Source: Campylobacterota bacterium (GTDB taxonomy: Bacteria > Campylobacterota > Campylobacteria > Campylobacterales > Sulfurovaceae). Taken from it: DNA of 37,100 nucleotides. Below are positions 36,793 to 37,100 of this stretch, in pieces; within the stretch, counting starts at the first letter, position 1; each line of letters opens with the position of its first letter. The notes beneath the pieces are model-generated. The model worked only from the letters and a program-made list of their open reading frames with translations, was not told where the DNA came from and did no database searches. Location: positions 1 through 37,100 of the forward strand of contig JAYEOM010000093.1 in assembly GCA_034722955.1 (NCBI GenBank), given 5' to 3'. The translations under genes and the position numbers were made by a program.

Positions 36793-36839
36793 TTTCGCTC
36801 GTTCCTCATCCGTCCTCGGCAATGCCAATGAAATAAGGA
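36793..36839 (-). repeat. Dispersed 46-47-bp repeat, copy 2
   Basis: Inverted copy of 11736-11781. Confidence 0.85.
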
Positions 36840-36855
36840 ATCTAGATGACCATTA

Positions 36856-36882
36856 GGGTCAAGCGTTGAAAATCTACCCACT
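36856..36882 (-). repeat. Copy of the end motif of the putative RAYT remnant
   Basis: gggtcaagcgttgaa matches the reverse complement of 1021-1035 at 14 of 15 positions. Confidence 0.6.
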
Positions 36883-37100
36883 TCGTGTGTTGATTTTGCA
36901 ACCCTAAGATGCTAAGATGCAAAAAATCTTTCTCTCCTCCTCTCCTGTCATTTTTTTGTCCGAAAATGCTCCTTGGCAGGAGGGGAAGACCCTTAAGCAT
37001 CATAGAAACAAAATTAAATACTTCAAATATACTATCTCTATTTTATAATATATTGTTATTGAAATGTAATCAAGTTATACTACTCTTTGAGCATCACACT

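Overview
Bacterial chromosomal segment. Protein sequences and gene order (GKVPG-type HU, DUF5718, dnaJ divergent from recR, Rrf2/DHH divergent from rpsO, HAIR-like box before grpE-dnaK, HemJ, TGnTATAAT promoters) suggest Campylobacterota, probably Sulfurovum-like (inference). The housekeeping backbone is hup, dnaJ, recR, rpsO, grpE-dnaK, feoBA, dsbD, cvfB and hemJ. Accessory blocks: (1) a peptidoglycan/MurNAc salvage operon namZ - secreted amidase - Na+:solute symporter - anmK - amgK - murU, with no ampG/nagZ/murQ/mupP in the window; (2) a PIN toxin-antitoxin pair and an islet of orphan genes; (3) a GT39/PMT-like glycosyltransferase; (4) an M.NlaIII-like adenine methyltransferase coupled to a non-HNH putative PD-(D/E)xK nuclease; (5) a feoB-feoA-porin operon under Fur-like boxes, preceded by an uncalled 56-aa DnaJ-type zinc-finger ORF. 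Intergenic DNA holds several dispersed REP/MITE-like palindromes and a probable remnant of a RAYT-type transposase. No rRNA, tRNA or CRISPR array was seen. All family calls come from motif recognition by eye; no searches were run.
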